Part shown: one piece after another, positions 37,255 to 50,292 of the stretch
How positions within the stretch are numbered: position 1 is the first letter of the stretch
Layout: each line of letters opens with the position of its first letter
NCBI GenBank assembly: GCA_051745165.1
Contig: JBNJDU010000002.1
Span: 5,479 to 69,478, forward strand
Direction: 5' to 3'
Length of the DNA: 64,000 nucleotides
Source: Patescibacteria group bacterium
GTDB taxonomy: Bacteria; Patescibacteriota; Minisyncoccia; Minisyncoccales; PWPS01
Position numbers and translations under genes: made by a program
Notes under the pieces: model-generated
The model's database searches: none
The model's input: the letters and a program-made list of their open reading frames with translations, nothing else
Told to the model about the DNA's origin: nothing

Positions 37255-40200
37255 TTAATTATCCTTTTCACTAAAACCAGTTCCAGCGGGGATCAACTTA
37301 CCAATAATTACATTCTCTTTAAGACCTTTAAGTGGATCAATTTTTCCTTCTAGAGAAGCTTCTATTAATACTTTAGATGTTTGTTGGAAAGAAGCAGCTG
37401 AAAGGAATGAGTCCGTGTTGAGAGCAACTTTGGATATTCCTAATAGAATTGGTTCTGCTTTCGGTGCCGCTTTACCTTTTTCATCCATTTTTTCTTCTTT
37501 TTGTTTGAAAACGTCTCTTTCTATAATCTGTTTTGGAGTTAAGAAACTGTCACCAGGGTCAGTAACTCTCATTCTAGAAGTCATTTGCTTAACAATAACT
37601 TCTAAGTGCTTATCGTGAATATCAACACCTTGAGAAACATATACTTTTTGAGCTTCCTGTAAGATATGTCTCTTAGTTTCTGTGAGTCCTCTGGTCTTAA
37701 ATACTTTTTTAAGATCTAAATTACCTTCACAAAGCTGTGTTCCTGGTTCAACTCTCTCACCTCGCTCAACCCAAATTGCTTTATTTGGATCAATTTTATA
37801 ACTTTTAACTTCTTCTTTCTTAGTGTTTTCTGCATCTACTCTAATTTTAACAATCCTGTCTTCTTCATTTACTTCAATAACTTTACCAGCCACTTCAGAC
37901 ATTTCCGCTTTACCTTTTGGATTTCTAACTTCAAAAATCTCTTGAATTCTAGGAAGACCCATAGTAATATCAGTTCCGCCAGCCACACCACCTGTGTGGA
38001 ATGTCCTCATTGTAAGCTGTGTTCCTGGTTCACCAATGGCTTGAGCAGCTACAATACCAACTGCCTCACCTAGTTTAACCATCTTATTATGACCTAACTC
38101 CCATCCATAACATTTCTGACAAACTCCACTAGCTGCATTACAGGTCATTACCGAACGAACTCTAACTCGTTTAATATCACTTTCTTTAATTTTTTCAGCT
38201 GCTTCACTATCTATTATTTCACCAGACTTAACAATTACTTCTCCATCAATTTCAATATCTTCCAAAGAAGTTCTGCTTGCAATCTTGAAGTAGAAATCTT
38301 GATCTAACTCATCAGCATCTTCTTTCTTAATTACAATTCCTTCATCATCACCGCAGTCTTCTTCTGTAACTATAACTTCATGAGAAACATCAACTAATCT
38401 TCTAGTCAAGTAACCTGCACTTGCAGTTCTTAAAGCTGTATCAACTGTACCTTTTCTAGCACCATGTGTAGAAATAAAGTATTCCAACACATCAAACCCT
38501 TCTTTAAATGAGCTTTTAACTGGAAGTTCAATAACATCACCAGAAGGATTAACAACTAAACCTTTCATTCCTGCCATCTGAATTGGTTGTGACCAAGACC
38601 CTCTTGATCCGGAATCAGTAATAGTTAAAACTGATCCATATTCTGGTAATCCTTTAGGTACTAAATCTTCAATTTCATTTTTAGCTTTAGTCCAAATTTC
38701 AATTATCTTATCTGATCTTTCATCTTCAGAGAAAAGTCCTTGTTCATAATAATCTTCTACTTCTTTTGTCTTTTCTTCTGCTTCCTCTATTACGCTTTTC
38801 TTTTCTTTAGGAATAATAAGATCATCCATTCCCCAAGAAATACCAGATAAAGTAGAGTACTTATATCCTAGATTTTTAATATCATCAAGCATGTGATGAG
38901 CTTCACTAGGTTCATACTTTTTAATTATTTCGGCAACTACCTGTTTTAGTTTTCCAGATCCCATTGCTTCATTCTGGAAAGGTATCTCTTCAGGAAGAAT
39001 ATCATTAAATATTATTCTACCTACGTTAGTTTCTTTTATTTCTCCATCGATTCTAATTTTTACTTTAGCTCTTATATCAACTAAATCATGGTCTAAAGCT
39101 AATTTAGCTTCTTCAGGTGAGCCAAATACTTTTCCCTCTCCTTTTGCTCCTTTTTCAATTTGAGTTATCCAATAGCATCCTAGAACCATATCTTGAGAAG
39201 GAGATACAATTGGTTTACCTGTAGCTGGCTTAAGTAGATTCTCAGAGGAAAGCATTAACTCTTTAGCTTCTTTCTGTGCTTTTTTAGAAAGTGGAAGATG
39301 CACCGCCATTTGATCACCATCAAAGTCAGCATTAAATGCCTCACAAACCATTGGGTGTATTCTGATAGCTTCTCCTTCGGTAAGTACAGGTTCAAATGCT
39401 TGAATTCCAAGTCGGTGTAAGGTTGGTGCTCTATTTAAAAGTACTGCCTTTCCTTTTACAACTTCTTCCAGGATAGGCCAAACTTCATCATCCTTCTCGT
39501 CAATCATTTTAGTCGCTCCCTTTACGTTGTAAGCTAAATCATTATCTAAAATCTTTTGGATAATAAATGGTTTAAAGATCTCTAATGCCATCTTTTTAGG
39601 AAGGCCGCACTGATTTAAATCTAATTCAGGACCAACAACAATAACTGATCTACCTGAGTAATCAACTCTCTTACCAAGTAAATTCTGTCTGAATCTTCCT
39701 TGTTTACCTTTAAGCATGTCCGCTAAAGATTTGAGGAGTCTTTGTCCTCCGGTAGACGCTTGAGTTACTACTCCTTTTCTCATTTGATTATCAATCAAAG
39801 CATCAACACCCTCTTGAAGCATTCTTTTTTCATTTCTAACAATAACTTCCGGAGCTTCAATATCAAGTAAATTCTTGAGTCTGTTATTTCTATTAATTAC
39901 TCTTCTGTATAAATCATTAAGATCAGAAGAAGCATAACGACCACCATCAAGTTGAATAATTGGTCTTAAATCAGGAGGAAGTACAGGGATTACAGTTGGG
40001 AACATCCATTCCGGTCTAATATCAGCCTTCTGCATTGATCTAAAAACCTTGAGTCGCTTTAAATATTTCTTTCTTTTTGATTTAGAATTAGTTTCTTCCT
40101 TTAATTCAGTTAATTCTTTAATTTTGTCTTCTAAATCAATGTTTTCAAACATTTCTCTCAATGTTTCTGCACCTGTTCCAGCTTTAAAAATATCACCATA

Positions 40201-40824
40201 TTTTCTTTTATATCGGTGATACTCAACCTCAGTCAAAATTTTCTTTCGCTGAATAGATTTAATTTCTTCTTTAGTTTTATCTCTGGATTTTCTAAGTTTT
40301 TCTAAAGTTTGGTCTAATTGCTCACCTTCAAGATTTTCTTTTCTTTTATCTTTTTTCTTCTTAAATTCTTTTTTAAGTTGTTTTAAAATTCTTTCTTTTG
40401 CTTCTTTATCAACTTCAGTAACTATATATCCTGTGAAGTAAACTACTTTTTCAAGTTTTTTCTTAGAAATTCCTAAAACAAGCCCCATTTTAGATGGGAT
40501 TCCTCTTAAGTACCAAATATGAGAAACGGGTGCTGCTAGCTTGATGTGTCCCATTCTCTCTCTTCGTACTGAAGATTTAGTTACTTCTACTCCACATCTA
40601 TCACAAACAATTCCTTTATATCTAATCTTTTTATACTTACCACAGTAACACTGATAATCCTTTTCAGGACCAAATATTCGTTCGCAAAAAAGACCATTCT
40701 TTTCTGGTTTTTGATTTCGATAATTAATCGTTTCCGCTTCAGTAACCTCTCCATGAGACCAATCTAAAATATCCTCAGGAGAAGCCAATTTTATTTTTAT
40801 TGCGTCTACATCTTCTACACGCAT
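37255..40824 (-). CDS. rpoC: RNA polymerase beta' subunit
   Basis: [18 protein letters not shown]. Confidence 0.99.
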   Translation of the reverse strand: MRVEDVDAIKIKLASPEDILDWSHGEVTEAETINYRNQKPEKNGLFCERIFGPEKDYQCYCGKYKKIRYKGIVCDRCGVEVTKSSVRRERMGHIKLAAPVSHIWYLRGIPSKMGLVLGISKKKLEKVVYFTGYIVTEVDKEAKERILKQLKKEFKKKKDKRKENLEGEQLDQTLEKLRKSRDKTKEEIKSIQRKKILTEVEYHRYKRKYGDIFKAGTGAETLREMFENIDLEDKIKELTELKEETNSKSKRKKYLKRLKVFRSMQKADIRPEWMFPTVIPVLPPDLRPIIQLDGGRYASSDLNDLYRRVINRNNRLKNLLDIEAPEVIVRNEKRMLQEGVDALIDNQMRKGVVTQASTGGQRLLKSLADMLKGKQGRFRQNLLGKRVDYSGRSVIVVGPELDLNQCGLPKKMALEIFKPFIIQKILDNDLAYNVKGATKMIDEKDDEVWPILEEVVKGKAVLLNRAPTLHRLGIQAFEPVLTEGEAIRIHPMVCEAFNADFDGDQMAVHLPLSKKAQKEAKELMLSSENLLKPATGKPIVSPSQDMVLGCYWITQIEKGAKGEGKVFGSPEEAKLALDHDLVDIRAKVKIRIDGEIKETNVGRIIFNDILPEEIPFQNEAMGSGKLKQVVAEIIKKYEPSEAHHMLDDIKNLGYKYSTLSGISWGMDDLIIPKEKKSVIEEAEEKTKEVEDYYEQGLFSEDERSDKIIEIWTKAKNEIEDLVPKGLPEYGSVLTITDSGSRGSWSQPIQMAGMKGLVVNPSGDVIELPVKSSFKEGFDVLEYFISTHGARKGTVDTALRTASAGYLTRRLVDVSHEVIVTEEDCGDDEGIVIKKEDADELDQDFYFKIASRTSLEDIEIDGEVIVKSGEIIDSEAAEKIKESDIKRVRVRSVMTCNAASGVCQKCYGWELGHNKMVKLGEAVGIVAAQAIGEPGTQLTMRTFHTGGVAGGTDITMGLPRIQEIFEVRNPKGKAEMSEVAGKVIEVNEEDRIVKIRVDAENTKKEEVKSYKIDPNKAIWVERGERVEPGTQLCEGNLDLKKVFKTRGLTETKRHILQEAQKVYVSQGVDIHDKHLEVIVKQMTSRMRVTDPGDSFLTPKQIIERDVFKQKEEKMDEKGKAAPKAEPILLGISKVALNTDSFLSAASFQQTSKVLIEASLEGKIDPLKGLKENVIIGKLIPAGTGFSEKDN

Positions 40825-40859
40825 AGTATTAGTTTTTATTATTTTTCCCTTGGGGTTTA

Positions 40860-43800
40860 TTATTTCTCTTCTTTAATTTGAATGTTTAATCCAATAGCTT
40901 TCATTTCAGATAGTAAAAGCTGGAATGAAGCAGGTAGATTTGGCTTCTTAATTTCTTCACCTTTTAAAATTGCTTCGTAAGCAGCAGCTCTTCCAGGAAC
41001 ATCATCTGATTTTATAGTCAACATTTCTTGCAAGGTGTGCGCTGCTCCGTATCCTTGTAGAGCCCAAACTTCCATCTCTCCGAATCTCTGTCCACCGAAT
41101 TGTGCTTTACCACCCAGCGGTTGCTGAGTAATAAGAGAATACGGTCCAATAGCTCTCATGTGTAGCTTATCTTCAATCATGTGAATCAATTTCAGCATAT
41201 ACATATAACCAACAGTAACTTTTCTAGGAAATTTCTCTCCAGTTCTTCCGTCATACAAAGGTAGTTGTCCGCTTTCAGGCAACCCTGCTTTTCTAAGTTC
41301 TTCTTTAATATCTTCATTAGTTGCTCCCGACAAAGAAGGAGTTTCAGCTAAGTAGCCTAATTCTTTAGCAGCAAGTCCTAAGTGAGTTTCCATGATCTGT
41401 CCAATGTTCATTCTAGAAATAACACCGAGTGGGTTAAGAACAACATCAACAGGAGTTCCATCTTCCAAAAAAGGCATCTCCTCTTCCGGTAGTACAGTGG
41501 AAATAACACCCTTGTTACCATGTCTACCAGATAACTTATCACCGGTTTTAATCTTTCTCATTTGAGCAACTCTAACTTCTACTTTTTTAATTACTCCAGT
41601 ATCTAATTTATGTCCTTGTTCTCTAGAAAATACTTTAATTCCAACAACTCTTCCTTTCTTACCATGTTTCATTCTAAGTGAACTATCTTTTACATCTTTA
41701 GCTTTTTCTCCAAATATAGCTTTCAAAAGTCTTTCTTCGGGGGTAAGTTCAGATTTTCCTTTTGGTGAAATCTTACCTACTAAAATATCACCCGGTCCGA
41801 CTTCAGCACCAATTCTAATAATTCCCTCGTCATCTAAGTGTTTAAGTTTTTCTTCGGAAACGTTTGGTATATCGTTTGTAGTTACCTCCGGTCCTAATTT
41901 AGTTTCACGTACGTCACAAGTAAAGTTTTCAATGTGAATTGAGGTATAAATATCATCTTTTACCAATCTTTCGGATACTACAATAGCATCCTCATAGTTG
42001 TAACCTCTCCAAGGTAAGAAAGCAATTAATGGATTTTGTCCTAGGGCTAAACGGCCATCAACAATCGATCCACCATCAGAAATAATATCTCCCTGTTCAA
42101 CTTTTTCTCCCTTATCAACCGTTGGCTTTTGATGAAAGCAAGTATAATTATTAGTGTGAGAAAAGGTCTCTAATTCATGCTCATATTTCTTTCCATCTTT
42201 GTCCTCAATAATAATTTTCTTACCATCAACCGCTACAACCTCTCCGTCAGCCTTGGCTAAAACAGCATGCCCCGAATCTTTTGCTACCTTTTTTTCCATA
42301 CCCGTTCCAACATGAGGAACAGCAGGTTTGAGCAAAGGTACAGCCTGACGTTGCATATTTGCTCCCATTAGAGCACGATTAGCATCATCATTTTGTAGAA
42401 ATGGAATTGTAGAAGCAGCAACTGAAATTAACTGTTCAGCAGATACATCGATGTAATCAATCTCATCTTTATCTACCATTCCTGGTTCACCTTCAACTCT
42501 TGCTTCAACTCTTTCCGGGACTATTTCTCCGTCCTCAATTTCAACACCACCATGAGCAATTTTATATTGCTCTTCTTCATGAGCATCTAAATATTCTACC
42601 TCTTTAGTTACCTTCCCATTTTTCACTTTATAATAAGGTGTTTCAACAAATCCATATCGGTTTACTCTAGAAAAAAGAGCGAAGTGATTAACTAAACCTA
42701 CATTAGATCCTTCAGGGGTTTGAATTGGACAAATTCTTCCATAGTGGGAAGATTGTACATCTCTAGCTTCAAACCCAGCTCTTTCTCTAGTTAATCCTCC
42801 TGGTCCAGTAGCAGTAAGTCTTCTTTTATGCTCTAATTCGGCTAATGGATTTTCTTGATCCATAAATTGAGAAATAGCAGAAGACGAGAAAAACTTCTGA
42901 ACTTCGGAGGCAAAAGGTCTAGCATTAATTAATTTTGAAGGGTCAAGATTATCATCTTCAGCAGTTGAAATCTTATCCTTAACATTTCTGTCTATCCTCA
43001 TTAGAGCCTTTCTTAAATTATTTTCCAATAATTCTGTAAAAGCTCTAACTCTTCTATTTCCCAAGTGATCAATCTTATCTTCAGTAGCTTCTGGGTCATT
43101 ATTTAATCTAATTATTTCCTTAATTACTGCTATTACATCTTCTGTCTTTAAAGTCCTGTCTTCTGTTGTAATATCTCTATCCTCTTCTAGTTTTAGTTCG
43201 GGAAGTCGTTGCCACATTCTCCATCGCCCTACTTCAGAAAGATCATATCTATCAAAATTAAAGAATGTGTTTTCAATTAATTCTTTTGCTGGATCAGCCG
43301 TAACTGCTTCTCCTGGTCTCATTCTTCTATAAATCTCCATTACTGCTTCTTTTCTATTCTTAGAAGGGTCTCTTTCTAAAGTTCTTTTAATATAAGAAAT
43401 ATCACTCTTATCAATTTCATTAAAGATCTCTTTAATCTCTGCGTCAGTTCCTTTTTCCATCTTTTTTTCACCAACTCCAAGCGCTCTAAGTAGAGTGGTT
43501 ACTGGAACTTTTCTTCTTCTATCAATTCTAACTCCAATAAATCCATCTGGTTCGGAAACAAATTCTAACCAAGTTCCTCGATTAGGAATAATCTTTGCAC
43601 CGAAAACTTGTTCTCCTTTCTTTTCATCAGAAGTGAAAAAGGCACCTGGCGATCTAATAAGCTGCGAAACAGCAACTCTTTCAACACCGTTTACAATAAA
43701 AGTTCCTCTTCTGCTCATTAGAGGAAAATCACATAAAAATATTTCTTGCTTTTTAGTATCTTCTGTCTCCAAGTTTACGAGTTCTACTTCTACTTTAAGT

Positions 43801-44048
43801 GGAGCGGTGTAAGAATCATTATTTTCTTTTGCTTCGTGAGCATTTTCGTACTTGGATTCTTCTAATTTATAATCTGAAAAATAAATCTCCCATTCTTTAC
43901 CAGAGTAGTCTTTAATAGGAGAGGCTTCTTTAAATAAATTTTCTAACCTTTCTTCCCAAAATAAATCCCAACTTTCTTTTTGGAGATCTAATAAATAAGG
44001 AAGTTCGAGAGTATTTTTTCTGCGACCGAAATTTTTAACTTTTGGCAT
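40860..44048 (-). CDS. rpoB: RNA polymerase beta subunit
   Basis: [20 protein letters not shown]. Confidence 0.99.
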   Translation of the reverse strand: MPKVKNFGRRKNTLELPYLLDLQKESWDLFWEERLENLFKEASPIKDYSGKEWEIYFSDYKLEESKYENAHEAKENNDSYTAPLKVEVELVNLETEDTKKQEIFLCDFPLMSRRGTFIVNGVERVAVSQLIRSPGAFFTSDEKKGEQVFGAKIIPNRGTWLEFVSEPDGFIGVRIDRRRKVPVTTLLRALGVGEKKMEKGTDAEIKEIFNEIDKSDISYIKRTLERDPSKNRKEAVMEIYRRMRPGEAVTADPAKELIENTFFNFDRYDLSEVGRWRMWQRLPELKLEEDRDITTEDRTLKTEDVIAVIKEIIRLNNDPEATEDKIDHLGNRRVRAFTELLENNLRKALMRIDRNVKDKISTAEDDNLDPSKLINARPFASEVQKFFSSSAISQFMDQENPLAELEHKRRLTATGPGGLTRERAGFEARDVQSSHYGRICPIQTPEGSNVGLVNHFALFSRVNRYGFVETPYYKVKNGKVTKEVEYLDAHEEEQYKIAHGGVEIEDGEIVPERVEARVEGEPGMVDKDEIDYIDVSAEQLISVAASTIPFLQNDDANRALMGANMQRQAVPLLKPAVPHVGTGMEKKVAKDSGHAVLAKADGEVVAVDGKKIIIEDKDGKKYEHELETFSHTNNYTCFHQKPTVDKGEKVEQGDIISDGGSIVDGRLALGQNPLIAFLPWRGYNYEDAIVVSERLVKDDIYTSIHIENFTCDVRETKLGPEVTTNDIPNVSEEKLKHLDDEGIIRIGAEVGPGDILVGKISPKGKSELTPEERLLKAIFGEKAKDVKDSSLRMKHGKKGRVVGIKVFSREQGHKLDTGVIKKVEVRVAQMRKIKTGDKLSGRHGNKGVISTVLPEEEMPFLEDGTPVDVVLNPLGVISRMNIGQIMETHLGLAAKELGYLAETPSLSGATNEDIKEELRKAGLPESGQLPLYDGRTGEKFPRKVTVGYMYMLKLIHMIEDKLHMRAIGPYSLITQQPLGGKAQFGGQRFGEMEVWALQGYGAAHTLQEMLTIKSDDVPGRAAAYEAILKGEEIKKPNLPASFQLLLSEMKAIGLNIQIKEEK

Positions 44049-44200
44049 AATTTTTTAACTAGCTTTAACAAACAAAACAGGCCCTACTCAAACTATAGGG
44101 TTTATTTCTACGTTTTTTTATTAATAAAAAAGCTTAGACAAAGAGAGTAAATCGCTTACTATTTTATTCAAATTTCGAACTGGTAGCTTTAGTGCTACTT

Positions 44201-44229
44201 ATTCTACTTTTTTTAAAAAGGTTTGTCAA
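44201..44229 (-). promoter_or_regulatory. rpoBC promoter
   Basis: TTGACA-17-TAGAAT. Confidence 0.75.
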
Positions 44230-44232
44230 GGG

Positions 44233-45315
44233 CTAGTTGTTATTATACCGCATACTCTCCACAATTCCAAGGCCTGTAAAGAAGAAAAGCGTTGAACTTC
44301 CTCCATAAGTAACGAAAGGCAAAGGAGTTCCCATTATCGGTAGAAGCCCTAAATTCATCCCGATATTTACAAAGCTCTGAAACATTACAATTATTAAAAA
44401 TCCAGAAACAAACAACCGAGGAAAATTAAATTTTGTATTAAATATAATTTTAAACATCCGCCAAAATAAAATCCCAAAGGCAAAAATTAGAAGAGAAACA
44501 GTTAAAAATCCCATTTCTTCAGCAATGGCTGCAAATATAAAATCGGTATGCGGTTCAGGTAAAAATCCGTACTGAGTTTGAGTTCCCTCTCCTAACCCAG
44601 TTCCAAGCAATCCGCCATTTCCAATTGCTATTTTAGCATGGTTTCCGCCCCATCCTATTCCTTGAGGATCAAATTGCGGGTTAATAAAGCTAATCACTCT
44701 ATCTTTTTGATAATCTTGCATCAAAAATCCCCAAACTAAACCTAAAGAAACAATTCCAATAGCTGATAGAGCTAAAAAGTGCCTTAATTTAATACCAGAA
44801 ATTAAAAGTATTCCGCCCCATAGAACTAAAAATATTGCTGCTGTTCCCATATCGGGCTGTCTAAAAATTAGGTAAGTCGGGATAAAAGCGTAAATGCCAG
44901 ATAAAATAATATGTCTTATCTTATACAGCTCTACATGCCGCATAGAGAAGTACTTTGCAAGTAGAATAATTAAAGTTAACTTGGCAAATTCTGCCGGTGA
45001 AACCATGATCGGTCCTATTCGGAACCATCTTTGGACATTTCGTATCTTAGGGCCAAAAAGAAGAAGTCCGATAAGCAAACCTGTGGATAGCAGATAAAGT
45101 CCTAAAACAAGCAGGGAATTTTCTTTAAGAATTCTCCAATCAAAAAAAGATAAAATAAAATAAATTAAAATTCCCGATCCAACAAAAAAAGCTTGCCTAG
45201 CAGCAGTTTCCATACCAGCTGAACTATAAATTGATAGAACACTAATGGAGGTAATAATTCCAATAGCTCCTAATATAAAAAAGTCTAAATTTAAAAATCT
45301 ATCTATTACCTTCAT
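44233..45315 (-). CDS. rodA: SEDS family peptidoglycan polymerase RodA
   Basis: QPDMGT, FLPEPHTDFIF, LPFVTYGGSS. Confidence 0.9.
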   Translation of the reverse strand: MKVIDRFLNLDFFILGAIGIITSISVLSIYSSAGMETAARQAFFVGSGILIYFILSFFDWRILKENSLLVLGLYLLSTGLLIGLLLFGPKIRNVQRWFRIGPIMVSPAEFAKLTLIILLAKYFSMRHVELYKIRHIILSGIYAFIPTYLIFRQPDMGTAAIFLVLWGGILLISGIKLRHFLALSAIGIVSLGLVWGFLMQDYQKDRVISFINPQFDPQGIGWGGNHAKIAIGNGGLLGTGLGEGTQTQYGFLPEPHTDFIFAAIAEEMGFLTVSLLIFAFGILFWRMFKIIFNTKFNFPRLFVSGFLIIVMFQSFVNIGMNLGLLPIMGTPLPFVTYGGSSTLFFFTGLGIVESMRYNNN

Positions 45316-47381
45316 ATCAGTTTTTTAAATTCTTCTTCATTTAAAATCTTTACGTTTTTTTCTTTTGCTTCTTTTAGTTTTGAACCTGGATTCTCACCAA
45401 CAACCAAATAGTCAGTATTACTAGAGACTGAAGAGGTTGGTTTTCCTCCTAAAGATAAAACTCTTTCTTTTGCTTCTTTTCTAGTAAGAGAATCTAAACT
45501 ACCGGTAAAGACAAAAGTTTTCTCCGCTAGTTGATTGCTTTTTTCTTCTGGTTTTTTTATTTTAATTCCTGCTTCTTTTAAATCTTCAATTAACTTAATA
45601 TTATCTTTTTTTGAAAACCATTTTTTTATTTCTTCAGCAACTACCGGACCTATATCATTTATCTCTAAAAGATCTTCTTTTGAAGCTTTTTGAAGATTTT
45701 CTAGGCTTTTAAATTCATCAGCCAAATCAATTGCCGTTCTCTCCCCAACTTGTTTTATTCCCAATGAATATATAAATCGAGAAAGAGTAATTTCTTTACT
45801 TTCTTCTATTGATTTTATTAAATTATCGGCTGATTTTTCAGCAAACCTTTCCAATGGCAATAGGTCTCCCTCCTCTAGTAAAAATAAGTCAGCAGGAGAA
45901 GAAATTAAACTTTCTTCCATTAATTGCTCAATGACCTTCTCACCCAGGCCATCAATATCAAAAGCTGATTTAGATACAAAGTATTTAAGATATTCTCTAT
46001 TTTTAGCAGTACAATCATCACTAGGGCACCTCTTAACCACCTCACCTTCAGGCTGAACTAATTCGCTTCCACAAACGGGACATTTATTAGGAAACACAAA
46101 CTCCTCTTCATCACCAGTCCGCATATCTTCTAAAACCCTGACTATATAAGGGATAACGTCTCCAGCCCGGCCTACAACGACAGTATCTCCAACTTTAACC
46201 CCAAGCCTTCTTATTTCATCCTCGTTGTGCAAACTGGCTTTAGTGACCGTTACTCCCCCTATCTCAACTGGTTCCAACACTGCAACTGGAGTAGCACTTC
46301 CTGTGCGCCCAATTTGTATTTTAATATCTTTAACTTTAGTAGTTGCTTTTTTAAGTGGAAATTTATAAGCAATAGTTCCTCTAGGAGCTTTTCCAGTTAC
46401 TCCTAATCGTTCAAAAAGATGGTTATCATTAACAAATACAGCAACTCCATCAATTTCATAACCTAAAGAATCTCTTTTTTCAATAGCTTCTTCTCGAAAT
46501 CTAAAAACATCCTCTAAGTGGTAACATTTTTTTTCACCAGTAGTTTTAAATCCTAAACTCCTAATCATCTTATGCTCTAAATCATGAGTTTCAGCTCCAA
46601 AAGGCTCTACAGTTTCCTCTGTCTTTAAGTTAGCAGTTAATTCGTAAGCAAAAAACTCAAGATTGCGATTGGCAACTACTTTGGGGTCTAATTGTCTAAT
46701 TGTTCCTGCGGCTAAATTTCTAGGATTAGCATACGGATCTTCTCCACGAGCCTTTCTTTCTCTATTAATTCTATCGAATTCACTATGAGGAATATAAACC
46801 TCTCCACGAACAACAATATCTTTTTTTTCTTCAAGCCATTCTTTTTTACTAGAAAGAGCCTTGTCTTGATCTGTAAATTCTTTAGGACTTCTTAGCTTTA
46901 ATGGGATTGATTCAACTGTTTTAACATTCTTAGTCACCTTTTCTCCAACCCGACCATCACCTCTAGTAGAAGCGATTTCTAAAACAGAGTCTCTATAAAC
47001 AAGCTCTAATGCTAAACCGTCAACTTTATATTCACAAAAAAATCCAGAAATGTTTTGATCAACATGTCTTTCCATTCTTTTCTTCCAGTCGCGTAAATCT
47101 TCTTCTGTAAACCCGTCTTGCATTGAAAGCATCGGAGAGAAATGCTCATATTTTTCAAACTTTTCTAAAGGTTCTCCTCCTACTCTTTGAGTAGGAGAAT
47201 CTTTAGTAATAAACTCTGGAAATTTATTTTCTAAATCAAAAAGCTCTTTTTTAAGGGAGTCTAAAGCTTCTTCTGAAATTTCCTGCTTATCTAAAACATG
47301 ATAATTATATCGATGCTTCTTTATTGTTTTTTTAAGCTTTTCTATTCTTTTTTTTGCTTGTATTTTGTCCATTTTAATCAA
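45312..47381 (-). CDS. ligA: NAD-dependent DNA ligase
   Basis: EYKVDG, Zn finger, BRCT; start may be 47372. Confidence 0.98.
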   Translation of the reverse strand: MIKMDKIQAKKRIEKLKKTIKKHRYNYHVLDKQEISEEALDSLKKELFDLENKFPEFITKDSPTQRVGGEPLEKFEKYEHFSPMLSMQDGFTEEDLRDWKKRMERHVDQNISGFFCEYKVDGLALELVYRDSVLEIASTRGDGRVGEKVTKNVKTVESIPLKLRSPKEFTDQDKALSSKKEWLEEKKDIVVRGEVYIPHSEFDRINRERKARGEDPYANPRNLAAGTIRQLDPKVVANRNLEFFAYELTANLKTEETVEPFGAETHDLEHKMIRSLGFKTTGEKKCYHLEDVFRFREEAIEKRDSLGYEIDGVAVFVNDNHLFERLGVTGKAPRGTIAYKFPLKKATTKVKDIKIQIGRTGSATPVAVLEPVEIGGVTVTKASLHNEDEIRRLGVKVGDTVVVGRAGDVIPYIVRVLEDMRTGDEEEFVFPNKCPVCGSELVQPEGEVVKRCPSDDCTAKNREYLKYFVSKSAFDIDGLGEKVIEQLMEESLISSPADLFLLEEGDLLPLERFAEKSADNLIKSIEESKEITLSRFIYSLGIKQVGERTAIDLADEFKSLENLQKASKEDLLEINDIGPVVAEEIKKWFSKKDNIKLIEDLKEAGIKIKKPEEKSNQLAEKTFVFTGSLDSLTRKEAKERVLSLGGKPTSSVSSNTDYLVVGENPGSKLKEAKEKNVKILNEEEFKKLI

Positions 47382-47760
47382 TTGGTCTACTGATCTGAAT
47401 GCCCCTCTTCACACCTCTATAGTTTCCTACTGAGGTTATAACTAACCTGTTAACTCCATCTTCAGTGGTAGTACTCTTTCTAAGAATATAACTTTGTTCA
47501 GGATCAAGAGGGCTGCCTTGTGCTTCTTCATAAATAACAACTTCATTTTCTTCACCTTCCACAATGTCACTCCATCTATAAAGGGCTTTTTCAATTCCAG
47601 CATCAGCAGCATAAAAGGCACTTGTTGAATAGCTAAGTTCTTCGATCATTCCAATTCGCTGTATTAAAACAGTAGTAACTGCTATTCCAGCACTAAACAG
47701 CACTCCAACAAGAAGAACTGAAAAATAAAGAATTGAGCCTTTTTTATTTCTTTTTTTCAT
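47374..47760 (-). CDS. PilX-like minor pilin
   Basis: KKGSIL.., AFYAADAGIEKALY. Confidence 0.8.
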   Translation of the reverse strand: MKKRNKKGSILYFSVLLVGVLFSAGIAVTTVLIQRIGMIEELSYSTSAFYAADAGIEKALYRWSDIVEGEENEVVIYEEAQGSPLDPEQSYILRKSTTTEDGVNRLVITSVGNYRGVKRGIQISRPID

Positions 47761-47761
47761 T

Positions 47762-48370
47762 TTAATTATTAGATTTTTCAATATCCAACCTTCTTTTTGT
47801 AACTGTGGTTTGAATCCGCGTCTTCCACCATTTACTATTAGTTTCTTCTACTCTTAAGCTTAAGGTAACTGACGGTTGATCTAAAAACAAATCACCATTC
47901 CCATCCGGAAGAAGATTAGAAGTACTATGAAATCCTTTAATATCTAAGAGTCCGGAAGTGAGGTTGTATTCCTCCCAATTCCCATCTTCTCTAACCCCCT
48001 TTTTTAACACTTTCTCCTCTTCGTCGAGAAAGAATTTGATGCAACTATCTTTATAATCAATAAACTGAATACCTTGCTGTTCGTTTCCATTATCATCTTC
48101 AGGAACTCCGTATGTGTAATTTTTTGAATCACTTTCATTTAGACAGCTTCCTGCTGAGTCACTTTTTGCCATTCTAATAGTTCTCCCCATATATTCCATA
48201 GCATAACTAATTTCTCCAATTGTTTTTTGAACAGCCATTGTTCTTCTTTGCATTTCAAAGTTAGCTATAAAAATACCGGTAATAATAGACATTAATCCTG
48301 AAAAAACTCCAATTACTACCAATAACTCAATTAAGGAAAAACCTTTTTCATTTTGGTTTATTTTTTTCAT
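47762..48370 (-). CDS. Minor pilin (PilW-like)
   Basis: GFSLIELLV prepilin motif. Confidence 0.88.
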   Translation of the reverse strand: MKKINQNEKGFSLIELLVVIGVFSGLMSIITGIFIANFEMQRRTMAVQKTIGEISYAMEYMGRTIRMAKSDSAGSCLNESDSKNYTYGVPEDDNGNEQQGIQFIDYKDSCIKFFLDEEEKVLKKGVREDGNWEEYNLTSGLLDIKGFHSTSNLLPDGNGDLFLDQPSVTLSLRVEETNSKWWKTRIQTTVTKRRLDIEKSNN

Positions 48371-48379
48371 TTTTTTAAA

Positions 48380-48934
48380 TTAGTACCAATTAAAAAGCTT
48401 TGTCGATGCTTCATGTTTTTTAGGCTCTCCTTTTTCAGTCCAGCTTATTTTTGCTGTTACTAAAAGATATTCGGTAGTTTGACCATCCTTATAGGTGTGT
48501 TCTTTTTTCTCTACAGTTATTTCTCTAATAAAATCAGTCTCCTCTCCAGGTCCGTAACCAAACAAATTTGTATCATCTTCTATTGTTAATTTTTCACCCT
48601 CCTTTCCTCCTAATTGTTGAGAGTCGTAGTGAACACTGCCGGTATTACTAGGTTCATCTTCAGCAATTAATCCTTCAGCCCAATACCAATCCTCATCACT
48701 TCCAGAAGAATATCTCTCATTAAAATTTTCATCTCTTATTCTTCGAACAACTTCAAACCCTTCTTGAGCTAAATAACTAGCGATAAGGTTTGCAGATAAA
48801 GGCATTGTAGCAGTAAAAGCATTAACAATCATAGAAACAACAGACAAGAGACCAACTACAATCACTAAGCAGGCAACTAAAAGTTCAATAATTGTAAATC
48901 CTTCCTGGCTGTTTTTTATTGTCTTGAAGTCCAT
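48380..48934 (-). CDS. Minor pilin (PilV-like)
   Basis: GFTIIELLV, ASYLAQEGFE. Confidence 0.88.
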   Translation of the reverse strand: MDFKTIKNSQEGFTIIELLVACLVIVVGLLSVVSMIVNAFTATMPLSANLIASYLAQEGFEVVRRIRDENFNERYSSGSDEDWYWAEGLIAEDEPSNTGSVHYDSQQLGGKEGEKLTIEDDTNLFGYGPGEETDFIREITVEKKEHTYKDGQTTEYLLVTAKISWTEKGEPKKHEASTKLFNWY

Positions 48935-49410
48935 ATTAATCCCGCTTTATTTATTTTTATTATTATATCATCCTCTTCTTCTGATTTATAATTTACAACT
49001 ATTTCAATTCGATTATGGTCTATTAGCTCATCGGCATTATTCCAAAAAGATACATCTGGTTCTGGTGATTGAAATCCGATTTTGTAACCAACCCCTTCTT
49101 TAATTTCAACTTGATTCTCTAAAAGATAAACTTTCTGCTTATCAGTTCCTTTAAATAAAATTATTCTATCCTCCTCAACGTCAACCGTAAAATAATCTAC
49201 TTGGTTTCCTGTTTCTTGATTGGTAACTTTAGTGGCTGATAAAGCAGTGCTTCTAGCTTCTTCAATATAACTAACAATTGCATCTGCTTGATTATCCAAA
49301 AATGTTTGCCTTCCCATTTGCTTATAATTTGCAAAAACAATAGTAGAAATAATACCTACTATTGCCATAGTAACAATAAGTTCTACAATGCTAAAACCTT
49401 TAGAATTCAT
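48916..49410 (-). CDS. Minor pilin (FimU-like)
   Basis: GFSIVELIV. Confidence 0.85.
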   Translation of the reverse strand: MNSKGFSIVELIVTMAIVGIISTIVFANYKQMGRQTFLDNQADAIVSYIEEARSTALSATKVTNQETGNQVDYFTVDVEEDRIILFKGTDKQKVYLLENQVEIKEGVGYKIGFQSPEPDVSFWNNADELIDHNRIEIVVNYKSEEEDDIIIKINKAGLIWTSRQ

Positions 49411-50198
49411 ATTAAAAAATTAAAATACCAATTAATAACTGTTTGCCCATAAAACAAACCAACTAAAGTTCCGACTATTAAAAAAGGACCGAAAGGAATC
49501 ATATCCTTTCTACTTTTGCTTTGAAAGATAATAAGTCCTATTCCAATTATAGCACCAGATATAAAAGAAAAAAACAAAGCTACAATACTATGGGGAAAGC
49601 CTAATAAAAAGCCTAATAAAAAACTGTATCTAACATCTCCAAAGCCAATTCCTTTTCCTTTCGATAAAAAGTATATAAGAAAGAAAAAAATAAAGATTCC
49701 AATTCCAGAAAGTAGATGGTTTATAAAAAATGACAGCGAGCTGACTTGATATGCATCTATGCCTATTTTAAAGAAGGAAATTCCAATTGCCGGATAAATA
49801 ATTTTATTCGGTATTATAAGATGCTTAAGGTCATAAACAAAAATAAAAACAAGTAATGATAAAATAATTAAAAATAAGAAAAAAGAAGTATATTCTAATA
49901 AACTTTCAGGCTTAAAAAATAGATAAGAACCTAAAAATAAAAATCCATTAGCAAGTTCAACTAAGGGATATTGCCAAGAAATTTTTTGATTGCAATAACG
50001 ACACCTTCCCTTTAAAATTAAAAATGAAAAAACTGGTACCAAATCAAAAGCAGAAAGTTCATGACCGCAATTAGGACAAAATGATCTTCCAGTTAATGTT
50101 TTATCTATTTTAAATCTGTATATAAAACAATTTAAGAATGATCCAATAGCAAGACCAAAAAGAAAAAGGGATAAATATATCATTTCGTTAAAAATCAT
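49407..50198 (-). CDS. pilD: Prepilin peptidase
   Basis: GSFLN, RSFCPNC, GRCRYC, GFGDV, PFGPF. Confidence 0.96.
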   Translation of the reverse strand: MIFNEMIYLSLFLFGLAIGSFLNCFIYRFKIDKTLTGRSFCPNCGHELSAFDLVPVFSFLILKGRCRYCNQKISWQYPLVELANGFLFLGSYLFFKPESLLEYTSFFLFLIILSLLVFIFVYDLKHLIIPNKIIYPAIGISFFKIGIDAYQVSSLSFFINHLLSGIGIFIFFFLIYFLSKGKGIGFGDVRYSFLLGFLLGFPHSIVALFFSFISGAIIGIGLIIFQSKSRKDMIPFGPFLIVGTLVGLFYGQTVINWYFNFLI

Positions 50199-50216
50199 CT
50201 AGGTTTGTTTATAAAT

Positions 50217-50242
50217 AAAAACCGCTTTACAAATAAGCGGTT
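50217..50242 (-). terminator. Terminator after the major pilins
   Basis: AACCGCTT-N7-AAGCGGTT with a T-run on minus. Confidence 0.65.
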
Positions 50243-50292
50243 GTTTTAAGAATGCAGTCAAATTATCAACCTTGCAAAGTTCATCTAATCCT